From the IMG/VR virus record IMGVR_UViG_3300037333_000141, positions 1 to 56,130 of that record: a DNA stretch of 56,130 nucleotides; one strand, written 5' to 3'. The DNA is from a virus. Its lineage: Duplodnaviria; Caudoviricetes. Below, one piece after another: positions 1 through 9,031 of the stretch. Under the pieces are notes generated by a model. The model saw only the letters and a list, made by a program, of their open reading frames with translations. It searched no databases and was not told the origin of the DNA. The position numbers were made by a program, and so were the translations under genes. Positions within the stretch are counted from its first letter, which is position 1. Each line of letters starts with the position of its first letter.

Positions 1-345
1 ACCTCTCTTGTGGTCTTGTTGTGTTTCTGCTGCGTTTACAGAGTAATCTAAAAGTTCATCACTAGTATCACTAAATGGTGCGTTTGGATAGTGGATAGAT
101 TTATCTCCGACTCTTTCAACTAGTCCTTTTGAAAATCTTATAGAGTCACCTATTGTATCTATTAAAACATTCGGTGTATCAGTCTCCTGAAATCGTTTTG
201 ATTTGAGTACATCTTTCGTGTAACCATATCCGCTAAACTTAGCATCAGCTAGAAGTTTATTATGACTATCACTTTGTGACTTGTCATAGTTGTTTTCTCC
301 TAAAAACTTCTTAGAAACTATACTTATTTTTTCTCCAACTTCCAT
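1..345 (-). CDS. Partial gene running off the left end; probable tail-fibre/spike-region protein with a possible SGNH (GDSL-like) block I
   Basis: Not in ORF track; hand-translated open frame MEVGEKISIV...IDTIGDSIRF...; AAGG RBS before ATG at 345. Confidence 0.55.
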   Translation of the reverse strand, partial: MEVGEKISIVSKKFLGENNYDKSQSDSHNKLLADAKFSGYGYTKDVLKSKRFQETDTPNVLIDTIGDSIRFSKGLVERVGDKSIHYPNAPFSDTSDELLDYSVNAAETQQDHKRG

Positions 346-969
346 CTATTCAACCTTTTCTAAAATTATTTCGCCATCATCAATATATAATTTAAACTTA
401 TCATCTGTTGATTTGTCTTTGTATTTTACATTTGTGTTGTAGTCTTGCTCTGTACTTACATTCTTCTCGCTCGGCTTTAAAATAGGTACAAATACATTCT
501 TTATTTCGCTAACATCACCACTAGATATACTTACAGTTGACAAAAGTATAGAATTTTCATCTGAACTGCTATTCCCACTTTCTACTAATTCTATATTTAG
601 AAAGTCAAGTATATACTCATTTTCTTCTGAGTTATTCTCATTGAATTTTATATATATATGTAAATCATAATCTCCATCTTCATATTGACTAATATTAATA
701 TTTATAGGAGATGTTATTTCAATAAAGTGAATACCAACATAGCTTCTTAAATATGCTTCCAGTTCTGTTATGGAAACTACTCCACTTGAACTGTTTACTT
801 CTGCTGAATATATTCCATCATAAGTTAAAAAATCGAAAGCTTTAGCAAAGTTGCTTGATGGTGTCCGCATAAGTGTTGATGGTACTACCTTTATTTCATC
901 GGCTGGTTTTTTATCATCTATGAAAGATGAAGGTGCGATGTCATTAATCTTTATTGTATAGATAGGCAT
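346..969 (-). CDS. Hypothetical tail-fibre-associated protein
   Basis: 207-aa ORF with AAGGA RBS; C-terminus KFKLYIDDGEIILEKVE resembles tail-fibre-linked motifs. Confidence 0.45.
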   Translation of the reverse strand: MPIYTIKINDIAPSSFIDDKKPADEIKVVPSTLMRTPSSNFAKAFDFLTYDGIYSAEVNSSSGVVSITELEAYLRSYVGIHFIEITSPININISQYEDGDYDLHIYIKFNENNSEENEYILDFLNIELVESGNSSSDENSILLSTVSISSGDVSEIKNVFVPILKPSEKNVSTEQDYNTNVKYKDKSTDDKFKLYIDDGEIILEKVE

Positions 970-998
970 ACAGTTAAATCCTTTTTTTTTAGATTATA

Positions 999-1568
999 TC
1001 ATAAGTGATAAATTATATTTCTTACTTGATTTTTTTTTATTGCATTGGCTGAGAACATTATTGCTAATGTATGTGGCTTAATTTCTGAAAAATCTATCTT
1101 TAGTTTTACTCTCTCTGATGTGTCCGCAATTAGCAATCCACTTCCTATATCAAGTTTTTGAGGTTTTAGGCGTGTTTTGTTTGCTGTAATTTTATTTTGA
1201 TAACTTAAGTACTCTTCAATCAATTCATTCTCATTCTGTATATTAAAAGAATTTACTAATATCGGAGTATGCTTGTCAAATATCCCAACTATTGATGTTA
1301 CAATAATATCAATTTTTACAGTTTCTATAGACAAATAAGAAGTAAACAAGTCAAAGACTTCATATCTACTATAATCATCCTTAAATGATTTTCCTAGAGC
1401 TATAAATTTAATAGAATTAGTCTCAAGGCTTTTAGTTATCTTAATAAGACCTCCCACAAATCTATCTAGCTTTCTATGAGAAGCAATAGCTACAAACACA
1501 TAATATTCTGTAGAATTTTTCTTTATTTCCTTTTTTACTTCTGGTCTATATTGCGTAAATGATTTCAT
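999..1568 (-). CDS. Hypothetical protein
   Basis: 189-aa ORF with GAGG RBS, co-oriented downstream of terminase. Confidence 0.7.
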   Translation of the reverse strand: MKSFTQYRPEVKKEIKKNSTEYYVFVAIASHRKLDRFVGGLIKITKSLETNSIKFIALGKSFKDDYSRYEVFDLFTSYLSIETVKIDIIVTSIVGIFDKHTPILVNSFNIQNENELIEEYLSYQNKITANKTRLKPQKLDIGSGLLIADTSERVKLKIDFSEIKPHTLAIMFSANAIKKNQVRNIIYHL

Positions 1569-1580
1569 ACATACCTCTTT

Positions 1581-3320
1581 TTAAAATTCATCGTCTAAAG
1601 TTATTAATGTAGGTACATCAGCATCAATAGATATTACTTTGTTCTCATTATATTCTACAATTTCTCCATCTATTATATCTTCATCAAAATAATCTTCAAT
1701 TTCACTATTCACATTATTTATATTTTCTATTTTACTTCTAGTTTCAAAAACTTCAAATTTAACTAGCATAATTTGAGCGCAGCAGTCTGCAATATCTGGA
1801 GAGCTGAGTCCCTTTTTGCTTTTTAAATCTTGCTTGCTTAATATTTTATACTTAAAAGTATTTGTGAATGTAAAGTATATTTGTGAAAGTTCTTTCTTTA
1901 CTCTATTTTCATAATTATTAGTCTCTATTAAAAATCTATCTGATACAATATTTTCTTTAAGATTTACAAATGCTTTAGCACGAGCATTTATGAACCTTTT
2001 TTTATCTTCAAAGTATAGTTTCTCACTACCCCATTGAAGACCTTTTACAATTATATTGTATGTTTGTAATTCTAACAACATATCTTCTAATTTTACATAA
2101 GCTTCGTACCCTCCAGCAGTTGCATCACCAATAACATATACCGCATCATAATAAATTCCATCTTCTGACTTTTCATCAAGATAGGTAAGTATGTGAGTAA
2201 AAACTGTTTCTATAAAATCTATAGGTAGCTTACCATTAAATCCATCATATTTATATATCTCTTTTAATTTTGTGTGTAAAACTTCTTTGTCTGTAGCTTC
2301 ATTTATATATGTATATGCTTCTGCGATAACTAAAACGCTACTATCTCTATATCCCGTGTATCCTAAATCGTAGGAGAAAACTATTTGGTTGTACTTAATA
2401 GCACTATTTTTATTATTGTAACACTTCATAACTTCATCATTTTGTATAAGGACATCAGTATCTAACTTTGGTGGCAATCCATCTATGCGCACTCTTATCT
2501 CTTCCTCCGAATAAGTGTTAAGCATTTGTAAGAGTTGCTTATCGCTTACTCTCGAACTGTGCCTACTACTCAACCTCTTTATACACCAACTTCCGCCTTT
2601 GTCTATTGTTTTTGTAGTTACAAATTCGTGGAATTTTCCTGATAAAACAGTATGCTGAGAAAACAAAATAATAGAGTTAAATGTTTCAGTTAATGCACCA
2701 AGACCAGCTTCAATATGTTCATCTTCTATCCCACTTGCTTCGTCCATTATGAGTAGGTAATTATATTGATGTTGTCCCGATAGATTTGTGCTTGAACCTT
2801 TAGGAGCTGTACGTGCCTCTATATACCAACTTGTTTCGTTTCCTTTTACATATATCTTTGTTTTGTTTACTTGAAAAAACTTAGATAGAAAACCCCATTT
2901 TGGAGTATATCTTTTTCCTTTGATTATACGTGTTTTATTTAATCCATCTAATGCACTATTTATCTCTTTAAAAATTGATGATGTTATTTGAGATAGTGTA
3001 GGAGCTTGAAGCCTTGTAATAGAATATTCGTAGCATAATAGGTGTAGTGTTGATATTTTTCCCGTTAGATTTGACTTGCCCGTACCGTGACCACTAGGAA
3101 CTAACAACCTACCACCCTTGAACCCACCACTTTTTAAATACTCTTGCCATACTTCTATCTGTTGATATGTTAATTCCTCTCCAAATAATTCAAAACTAGC
3201 TAGTGGTAAATTCCAAGCATAGCGTTTTACAAAAAATTCTTGAAAATATTTGTCTTTCCAAACTTGCGCAAATGATGGTATTCTACTTAATCTTTGTGTG
3301 TGATATTCGTGGTTAACCAT
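1581..3320 (-). CDS. pacB: Terminase large subunit, P1 PacB-like
   Basis: Walker A SGHGTGKS, Walker B IMDEASG, nuclease YDLG...RDSS and C-terminal KKGLSSPDIAD, as in P1 PacB. Confidence 0.93.
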   Translation of the reverse strand: MVNHEYHTQRLSRIPSFAQVWKDKYFQEFFVKRYAWNLPLASFELFGEELTYQQIEVWQEYLKSGGFKGGRLLVPSGHGTGKSNLTGKISTLHLLCYEYSITRLQAPTLSQITSSIFKEINSALDGLNKTRIIKGKRYTPKWGFLSKFFQVNKTKIYVKGNETSWYIEARTAPKGSSTNLSGQHQYNYLLIMDEASGIEDEHIEAGLGALTETFNSIILFSQHTVLSGKFHEFVTTKTIDKGGSWCIKRLSSRHSSRVSDKQLLQMLNTYSEEEIRVRIDGLPPKLDTDVLIQNDEVMKCYNNKNSAIKYNQIVFSYDLGYTGYRDSSVLVIAEAYTYINEATDKEVLHTKLKEIYKYDGFNGKLPIDFIETVFTHILTYLDEKSEDGIYYDAVYVIGDATAGGYEAYVKLEDMLLELQTYNIIVKGLQWGSEKLYFEDKKRFINARAKAFVNLKENIVSDRFLIETNNYENRVKKELSQIYFTFTNTFKYKILSKQDLKSKKGLSSPDIADCCAQIMLVKFEVFETRSKIENINNVNSEIEDYFDEDIIDGEIVEYNENKVISIDADVPTLITLDDEF

Positions 3321-4152
3321 TTATAACCCTTGACTCTGTTAGTAACTCATATTGCTTTTTACTGTCTTCAAGATAGCTATCATAAAGTTTCTCTAGTTCG
3401 TCTTCTGTCATTTCAATTTCGTTCGAGCTTTCAATTTGAAGTATCATTTCATCAAGTAACTTTATTGCTACAAGTGCTTTTTCATCTGGTAAATATGATT
3501 GAGTTTTGACTGACATCATTGACTTTCCGAGTCTATTTTTATGTAATTTTTTCTCTTTTATATTTCCATTTTCATCTTCAACTATTTCGTAAGTTGCTTC
3601 CGTTTGAGTTGTAGCTATTTCTCCTTTAGCTTTGCCCATAAACAATTCGCGTAATATATATAGCTCTTTTAAATGCTCTTCTTTAGTTATTGTTCCTACA
3701 TCAGATATACTTAACATTCTATCTTTTAACGATTGCTCTTTTATTCCAAAGAATGACATAACACCTGATAATCTATCAACTGTATTATTTAAACGTGTTA
3801 CTTTTTTTTGTTCACTTGTAACATTATCTCTAATATTTGAACGCTCTTCTGTTATTGCATCAAAATCACAAAAACTTAGAATTGTTTGTATCTTAGGATA
3901 GATATACTTTTTAACTGTTGGTGTTTTTCTTCCTGAAATTTTACCTATTTGTTTAAAAGTTTCTTCTATATTCAATTCATTATATGCTATTATTATTGCT
4001 AATTGATATAGCCTAAAGTCTTTTAATGCTTGTCCTTGTAATAAACTTTTTGCTGAATAAGTTTTGATAATCTTATCTGCTTCTGTTTTTTTAACTGTAA
4101 CTCTTTTTAGATTTTTTAATATTTTTTCTTTTTCTTTTTCTGATATTCTCAT
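3313..4152 (-). CDS. Probable terminase small subunit
   Basis: Overlaps terminase large subunit start; QSYLPDEKALVAI resembles the TerS PPD..A motif; own promoter. Confidence 0.6.
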   Translation of the reverse strand: MRISEKEKEKILKNLKRVTVKKTEADKIIKTYSAKSLLQGQALKDFRLYQLAIIIAYNELNIEETFKQIGKISGRKTPTVKKYIYPKIQTILSFCDFDAITEERSNIRDNVTSEQKKVTRLNNTVDRLSGVMSFFGIKEQSLKDRMLSISDVGTITKEEHLKELYILRELFMGKAKGEIATTQTEATYEIVEDENGNIKEKKLHKNRLGKSMMSVKTQSYLPDEKALVAIKLLDEMILQIESSNEIEMTEDELEKLYDSYLEDSKKQYELLTESRVING

Positions 4153-4181
4153 TTCACAACCCTACTTTTTAATGATGTGTA

Positions 4182-4190
4182 ATTATAGCA
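4182..4190 (-). promoter_or_regulatory. Extended -10 promoter (TGCTATAAT) for terminase operon
   Basis: Exact TGnTATAAT 30 nt upstream of the ATG at 4152. Confidence 0.75.
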
Positions 4191-4240
4191 AAAAAGTAGT
4201 AGTGATGTTTTATTGTAAGAGTGAGTAAAGAGAGAATATA

Positions 4241-4276
4241 AGCACCTAAAACACAAAAAAAAGTGTTAAAAATGCT
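4241..4276 (-). terminator. 3'-terminal hairpin of the candidate ncRNA
   Basis: AGCAUUU/AGGUGCU plus AACAC/GUGUU stems followed by a pyrimidine-rich tract. Confidence 0.45.
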
Positions 4277-4601
4277 CTATTTTACCGCAGTCGTTTCGTG
4301 TCGGTCAAATCTCATATCTAAGTAGGTTTTTTTCGTGTGGGGTTATTCTGTCACATTCTGTATCATTTCAGATTACTAGTCCTAAGAGTTCGTGAATTAG
4401 TTGATACAATGGCTGAAGATTGGTTTTAGAAGTTTTCACAATAACGGTAACTAAGAACTCAATTAAGAGTGCCAAAATGGCTAAGTATTATCATACCTAT
4501 CTCATATCCGAATTACACATAAAAGTTTTTGTTTCCTTTAGGGTGTCCACTAACTTAAAAAGTCCGTGAGTAAACTTATAACTTTTTAAGAGGGAAATCG
4601 C

Positions 4602-4607
4602 TATAAT
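4602..4607 (+). promoter_or_regulatory. -10 box for an antisense RNA
   Basis: TTTTAAG-N10-cTATAAT, the same pattern as the promoter at 46658. Confidence 0.55.
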
Positions 4608-4612
4608 TTCAC

Positions 4613-4695
4613 TATATTTCAAAACAGTCGCTTGCTTCTAAACTTTTGGGCTGTTTTGGATATAAACTCTAAAGACGCTCTACTAAACATCTTAA
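4613..4695 (+). ncRNA. Candidate small antisense RNA
   Basis: Starts just after TATAAT; stem CAAAACAGUC (4620-4629)/GGCUGUUUUG (4649-4658) has G-U pairs on the + strand. Confidence 0.45.
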
Positions 4696-4703
4696 TTTTC
4701 AGA

Positions 4704-4712
4704 ATTATACCA
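4704..4712 (-). promoter_or_regulatory. Extended -10 promoter (TGGTATAAT) facing the ORF-free region
   Basis: Exact TGnTATAAT with upstream T-tract. Confidence 0.7.
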
Positions 4713-4720
4713 CAAAAAAA

Positions 4721-4933
4721 CTATTTCATAACTATATTATCAAATCCTAAAGTAAAACCATCAATATAAGATTTTTTGTCAGCACTTGTTTTTATTTTAG
4801 TATTAAACTCATTACTTTCCAAAAACTTGACAACATATTTAGGGTTAATCCAATTTAATAAATCTTTTTTTATAACACTTGAATTTTTTTTAATATTTAA
4901 GTTATTTGTTATTATGTAATCGCTTCTTTGCAT
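4721..4933 (-). CDS. Hypothetical protein (baseplate region)
   Basis: 70-aa ORF, GAGG RBS, co-oriented with baseplate genes. Confidence 0.6.
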   Translation of the reverse strand: MQRSDYIITNNLNIKKNSSVIKKDLLNWINPKYVVKFLESNEFNTKIKTSADKKSYIDGFTLGFDNIVMK

Positions 4934-4937
4934 TGTT

Positions 4938-5516
4938 TTACCTCATTCTCAAAGTATCAAATAATATATCAAAACCATCAATAAATCTGTCGTCAATAGA
5001 GTAGCTAATTTCAGATAATGTACTATCCGTATTGGATGTATCTACTCTTCTATTTATATTTAATGACTTGTTTCCACTTATTTTATTTATTAATTTTAAT
5101 TTTAATTCACTGTAATAATATAATTCTAAATATTCATCAAACGAGATTGTTTCTTCCATGTAATCACTATTTATATTAGAACATAGTATTTCTATATCAC
5201 TTTCACTTGTTTCGTGTCCTAACAAACCTAGATACTTTATTATTTGCTTTACATCATACTTTACTTTCTCTTTATAAAAAGGAGCAAGATATGATATTGT
5301 TTTTAATTCGTCACTATTTAATTGCTTATCTGATAGTGTTATATTGTTTGCAATAAAGTAGTCTGCTTCTCTATTAAGTTCTATATTTGATATTATTGGG
5401 AAAATATAGTGAATATAATCCTCTTCAAGATTTTCATCTATTACATCATCTACTATTTTTAAAAAACTATCTGTATATTTGTCTTTATTTAGATATGTTT
5501 TTAAATTATCATCCAT
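4938..5516 (-). CDS. Probable baseplate protein (positional equivalent of P1 gp16)
   Basis: Directly follows the BplA-like gene. Confidence 0.4.
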   Translation of the reverse strand: MDDNLKTYLNKDKYTDSFLKIVDDVIDENLEEDYIHYIFPIISNIELNREADYFIANNITLSDKQLNSDELKTISYLAPFYKEKVKYDVKQIIKYLGLLGHETSESDIEILCSNINSDYMEETISFDEYLELYYYSELKLKLINKISGNKSLNINRRVDTSNTDSTLSEISYSIDDRFIDGFDILFDTLRMR

Positions 5517-6839
5517 TTATAAACCCTTGAACGATATAAGTATGTTATCGCTAGTAATCCTAAATATAGTAGGATTAAACAGTTCTCCTAATTCGCTCAT
5601 AAGTACTGATAGCTCAAAGTATTCAAGATTATCTATTAACACTTTAAACACTTTTTTATATGCTATTTCTTTGCTTATTTTTGAATAAACATTATCATAA
5701 TAATCAATAAGAGAACTCCTAATCAAATCTTGCAAACTTTTACTATAAGACTCATCCGTAGAGATTGTTATATTTAAAACCAAATCTCTTATTTCTGACG
5801 GCTTAACAATACATTCCTTACCATAAATTCCTTTTTGTATTGTATCGACTATTTTTTTATTTACTTCGCTATCATTTGTGGTTTCATCATTAAGCAAATA
5901 GCTACAGAACACTTTGTTTATGTTAGATACATCGCTACCTACCTCTGCATTTTCTTCTCTCTCTTGCCATACTTTTAATATCTTAATACCAGATACATTC
6001 TTCTTTATAAACTGTCTATAATCTTCATTAACACATAAGTCTCCTATGTTTTTCCTTCCATACTTAACCATACTTAGCATTTCATCTAAGTTTGGCATAG
6101 ACTCATAATTTTCGCTTAGTGATATATTGTCTATTTTTAAGTCATAACCATCTTCTATTATCTGTAGTGATTTTGGAAGCTCACTATTGTCATAAGATAA
6201 GAATGTATTTATATCAAGTTTATCACCTATAGTTAGTTCCAACCCATTCTCATTATTAAGTCTAAATACAATTCTAACTATACCATCTGCAGAAACCTCT
6301 ATACTGTAGTCTGCACTATCATCTATGAAATGCTGAGAGTATTTAACTTCTGTAGAATTTTTAAATATTTCACATCTAACAAACTCTGTAAAATGTATTT
6401 TTGTATCAAAGTATGAATATAAAACACCATTGTCTATTGTTATGTTCTTTTTAAATATTTCGCTACATTCAACATCTACAGTTGTTAATGAATTTTCCTG
6501 CACTATATTATCTTTAGTGGAAATATATACATTCTTTCCATCTGTAAATCTACTATATTTTTTTATATAAGTGTACCTATTAGAGAATATGTCCACATTT
6601 ACATTAAGAGGTTTTTTAAATCTTATATATCCAACTCTATACAATAAATTAACAAGTGCATAAAAAGTGCTCGTAGGATTATATTGTTCTCTTATCTCAT
6701 TTAGTAGTATTCTCTCTGTTTCTTTTATTTTAAAATCAACTTCTTGTGAAACAAGTGCTAAACCTAAGTCTTTTTTGTAATCTTTTAAATTTTCATCTGA
6801 ACTTATTTTGTCATATAATATTTTTTCAATGCTAACCAT
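5517..6839 (-). CDS. bplA: Baseplate wedge protein, P1 BplA-like
   Basis: DLCVNEDY...KVWQEREE...NINKVF motif and position after the PmgA-like gene. Confidence 0.65.
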   Translation of the reverse strand: MVSIEKILYDKISSDENLKDYKKDLGLALVSQEVDFKIKETERILLNEIREQYNPTSTFYALVNLLYRVGYIRFKKPLNVNVDIFSNRYTYIKKYSRFTDGKNVYISTKDNIVQENSLTTVDVECSEIFKKNITIDNGVLYSYFDTKIHFTEFVRCEIFKNSTEVKYSQHFIDDSADYSIEVSADGIVRIVFRLNNENGLELTIGDKLDINTFLSYDNSELPKSLQIIEDGYDLKIDNISLSENYESMPNLDEMLSMVKYGRKNIGDLCVNEDYRQFIKKNVSGIKILKVWQEREENAEVGSDVSNINKVFCSYLLNDETTNDSEVNKKIVDTIQKGIYGKECIVKPSEIRDLVLNITISTDESYSKSLQDLIRSSLIDYYDNVYSKISKEIAYKKVFKVLIDNLEYFELSVLMSELGELFNPTIFRITSDNILISFKGL

Positions 6840-6849
6840 ACATTATTCC

Positions 6850-7146
6850 TTATAATTCTATAGGTGAAAAAGCAAATTTGTCACCACTATATCTAATTCC
6901 AATGAATATATTATCTATTTCATTCGTCTCAATAACTGCAACTTCATCTATTGTATTTGCTATGTCATCCCCTAAGTCTTCCCTTATTTTATCTATTATT
7001 AATCCTAAGTTATCTCTTATTGTGTCTATTGATTTATACATAAATATATTTATATTGCAACCATATTTTTCATTGTGTCTATAATATCCTATGGGAGTGA
7101 TTATCCAATCTTGTATATAATCCCTATCATTACTTAATATTGTCAT
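6850..7146 (-). CDS. Baseplate sheath-initiator (T4 gp25 / P1 PmgA-like)
   Basis: WIITPIG...YG motif, 98 aa, between tape measure and wedge. Confidence 0.6.
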   Translation of the reverse strand: MTILSNDRDYIQDWIITPIGYYRHNEKYGCNINIFMYKSIDTIRDNLGLIIDKIREDLGDDIANTIDEVAVIETNEIDNIFIGIRYSGDKFAFSPIEL

Positions 7147-7147
7147 A

Positions 7148-9031
7148 TCATAGTCCTCCTATGCTTTGTCTTGTCGGTGTAAACACAACAGTAGTCGGTT
7201 GAATATTTGATACATTAGTAGTTGTAGTTTTTTTGGATATTAGTGTGTTCGCTGTTTCTTTGTCTAGCTTAACTGTATTATCCTTGTTTAACATTTTTAA
7301 TAGTATAGAATTTTGCTCACTCATTAGTTTTGATATTTCTAGGTTATCTTTTGTTTTTTCTTTCGTATTGCTGTTAATAGTATTGTTTTTTTCAAGAGTT
7401 TCCGATTGAACTATTTTATTTTTATCCCTATCACTTTTATTTCTTGATACTACACTACTGCTTTTTGTTATTTTTTCTGTGTTTACATCTTTTGTTTTAT
7501 CGTAATCTCTTTTTGCTAAATATCCGTCTATTCCTATACTTGCCATTGTTCCTACAACTGGAACATTACTAACTAATCCGCTAAGTGCTTCTAATCCAGC
7601 TCCCTTTACATCACCATCCATAAGTCTGCTTACTGCAAATCCAAGACCTGCTAGAGTTCCAAGCAGAGGTATCTTTTTTAGTACACCTTTACCTAAACTT
7701 TTTGCCCCTAATTTACCTAAACTTTTTTCTCCTAACTTAGATACAACACTTGATGTTTTTTTTCTTTTAAATGGGTTGTATTTACTTAGTGAACTTTCTT
7801 TTTTAATTAAACGATTGCTATTGTTTTTAGTAGCTTTTTTTGTATTATTAACTGCTTCTTTTTTATCAGAATAATGTTTTTTTACTATATTTATTTTTTC
7901 TTTTTTTTCACTAAATATATTTAAAGAGCTTAATGCACTAATCGCAATAGGAATTATCTTTGTTAGCGGTTTTATTACTAAGCTTACTGAACTTCTAATT
8001 GCTTTTGGTATAAATCTACTTAGAGATAAAATACTGCTTGATGTGTCTTGTTTGCTTATTTTCTTTAAAAGTTTTGTTTGTTTTTTGTCAGAAACTAAAG
8101 ATTTTTTTTCTACTATTTTTTCGTGTTTTTTATCTTTAATGTTTTGTTTCTGAAATATCTTATCTTGCTTTGTTTTAGATATTCTTCCTATTGTTTTAAC
8201 ACTCTGAATATTTGTACATAATGGAACACAATTTTGATTTTTATGCAATTCTTTTTTTGCATAAGTTAGCGTACTACTAATATGATTTGATTTATTTATT
8301 TTTTTTGTCTGAACTGAATAATTACTATCTGCTTTATGTGTTTGTTTTTTGTCAGAAACTAAAGATACTTTTTTATTTAGTGAAGATACTTTATTATAAC
8401 CTCTGATATATTTTTCATTTGTTTCTTGTTGATGCTGTTTTTTATTTTCATTATTATTTATATCTCTAGACTTTACATCTTTAATTTTCGAACCAATGTT
8501 TGATATTTTTGCTATTCTACCAATAGTACTTTTAGCTAAAGAGAGCGAAAAATTTCCAACTCCTTTCAGCTCTTGATATGATTTGTAATAACTTTCACCG
8601 AAATTTTCAAATACTTTGTCGAGTACACTTATTGAATTTGATAAAGTGTTGCTATCGTTATTGGAAGTGTTGCTATCTGACTTTATAAATCTACCATTTG
8701 CATCTCTATTTGTTTCTATAGGATTTTTTTTAGTATTTACTGAGCTTTGATTATTCTCATTGAATATTTTTGTAGAATTGTCATTATATGTTGTTGAAAC
8801 ATTACTATTGTCATTATTAGTAATGCTAGAAGTATCTTTTACTTGTGAGTTATCCTCATTGTTTATATTAGTTTGTTTACTTCTTACTTCTAGTGCATTA
8901 AGATTTTTTTCTATCTTTGATAATATCTTTTTAGTAGTTGTATGTTGTTTTTCTGAATTGCTTTTTTTTTCAAAACAATCGCTCTCTAAAAGTCCATTAT
9001 CGCTAAATCTAAGCATTTCTAAATATACCAA
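7148..9031 (-). CDS. Tape measure protein (P1 Sit-like position)
   Basis: RDANGRF motif; KKIPLLGTLAGLGFA...GD..GA hydrophobic segment; low complexity. Confidence 0.65.
   Translation of the reverse strand: MVYLEMLRFSDNGLLESDCFEKKSNSEKQHTTTKKILSKIEKNLNALEVRSKQTNINNEDNSQVKDTSSITNNDNSNVSTTYNDNSTKIFNENNQSSVNTKKNPIETNRDANGRFIKSDSNTSNNDSNTLSNSISVLDKVFENFGESYYKSYQELKGVGNFSLSLAKSTIGRIAKISNIGSKIKDVKSRDINNNENKKQHQQETNEKYIRGYNKVSSLNKKVSLVSDKKQTHKADSNYSVQTKKINKSNHISSTLTYAKKELHKNQNCVPLCTNIQSVKTIGRISKTKQDKIFQKQNIKDKKHEKIVEKKSLVSDKKQTKLLKKISKQDTSSSILSLSRFIPKAIRSSVSLVIKPLTKIIPIAISALSSLNIFSEKKEKINIVKKHYSDKKEAVNNTKKATKNNSNRLIKKESSLSKYNPFKRKKTSSVVSKLGEKSLGKLGAKSLGKGVLKKIPLLGTLAGLGFAVSRLMDGDVKGAGLEALSGLVSNVPVVGTMASIGIDGYLAKRDYDKTKDVNTEKITKSSSVVSRNKSDRDKNKIVQSETLEKNNTINSNTKEKTKDNLEISKLMSEQNSILLKMLNKDNTVKLDKETANTLISKKTTTTNVSNIQPTTVVFTPTRQSIGGL
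8075..8366. repeat. 28-bp exact direct repeat within tape measure (8075-8102, 8339-8366)
   Basis: TGTTTGTTTTTTGTCAGAAACTAAAGAT twice; encodes SLVSDKKQT. Confidence 0.85.

Larger units (their letters stand above)
4225..4697 (-). ncRNA. Candidate large structured non-coding RNA (~470-480 nt)
   Basis: No ORF >=60 aa, own TGGTATAAT promoter, many stems whose G-U pairs favour the - strand, 3' hairpin at 4241-4276. Confidence 0.55.

Noticed and set aside
4618-4690. Type I toxin peptide MFSRASLEFISKTAQKFRSKRLF
   Set aside because: Not hydrophobic and no RBS; leaderless translation cannot be excluded
4225-4697. Group I intron or hammerhead ribozyme
   Set aside because: Only partial GACUA/CUGA-like words, no matching P7 partner or CUGANGA-GAAA core, and it does not interrupt a gene
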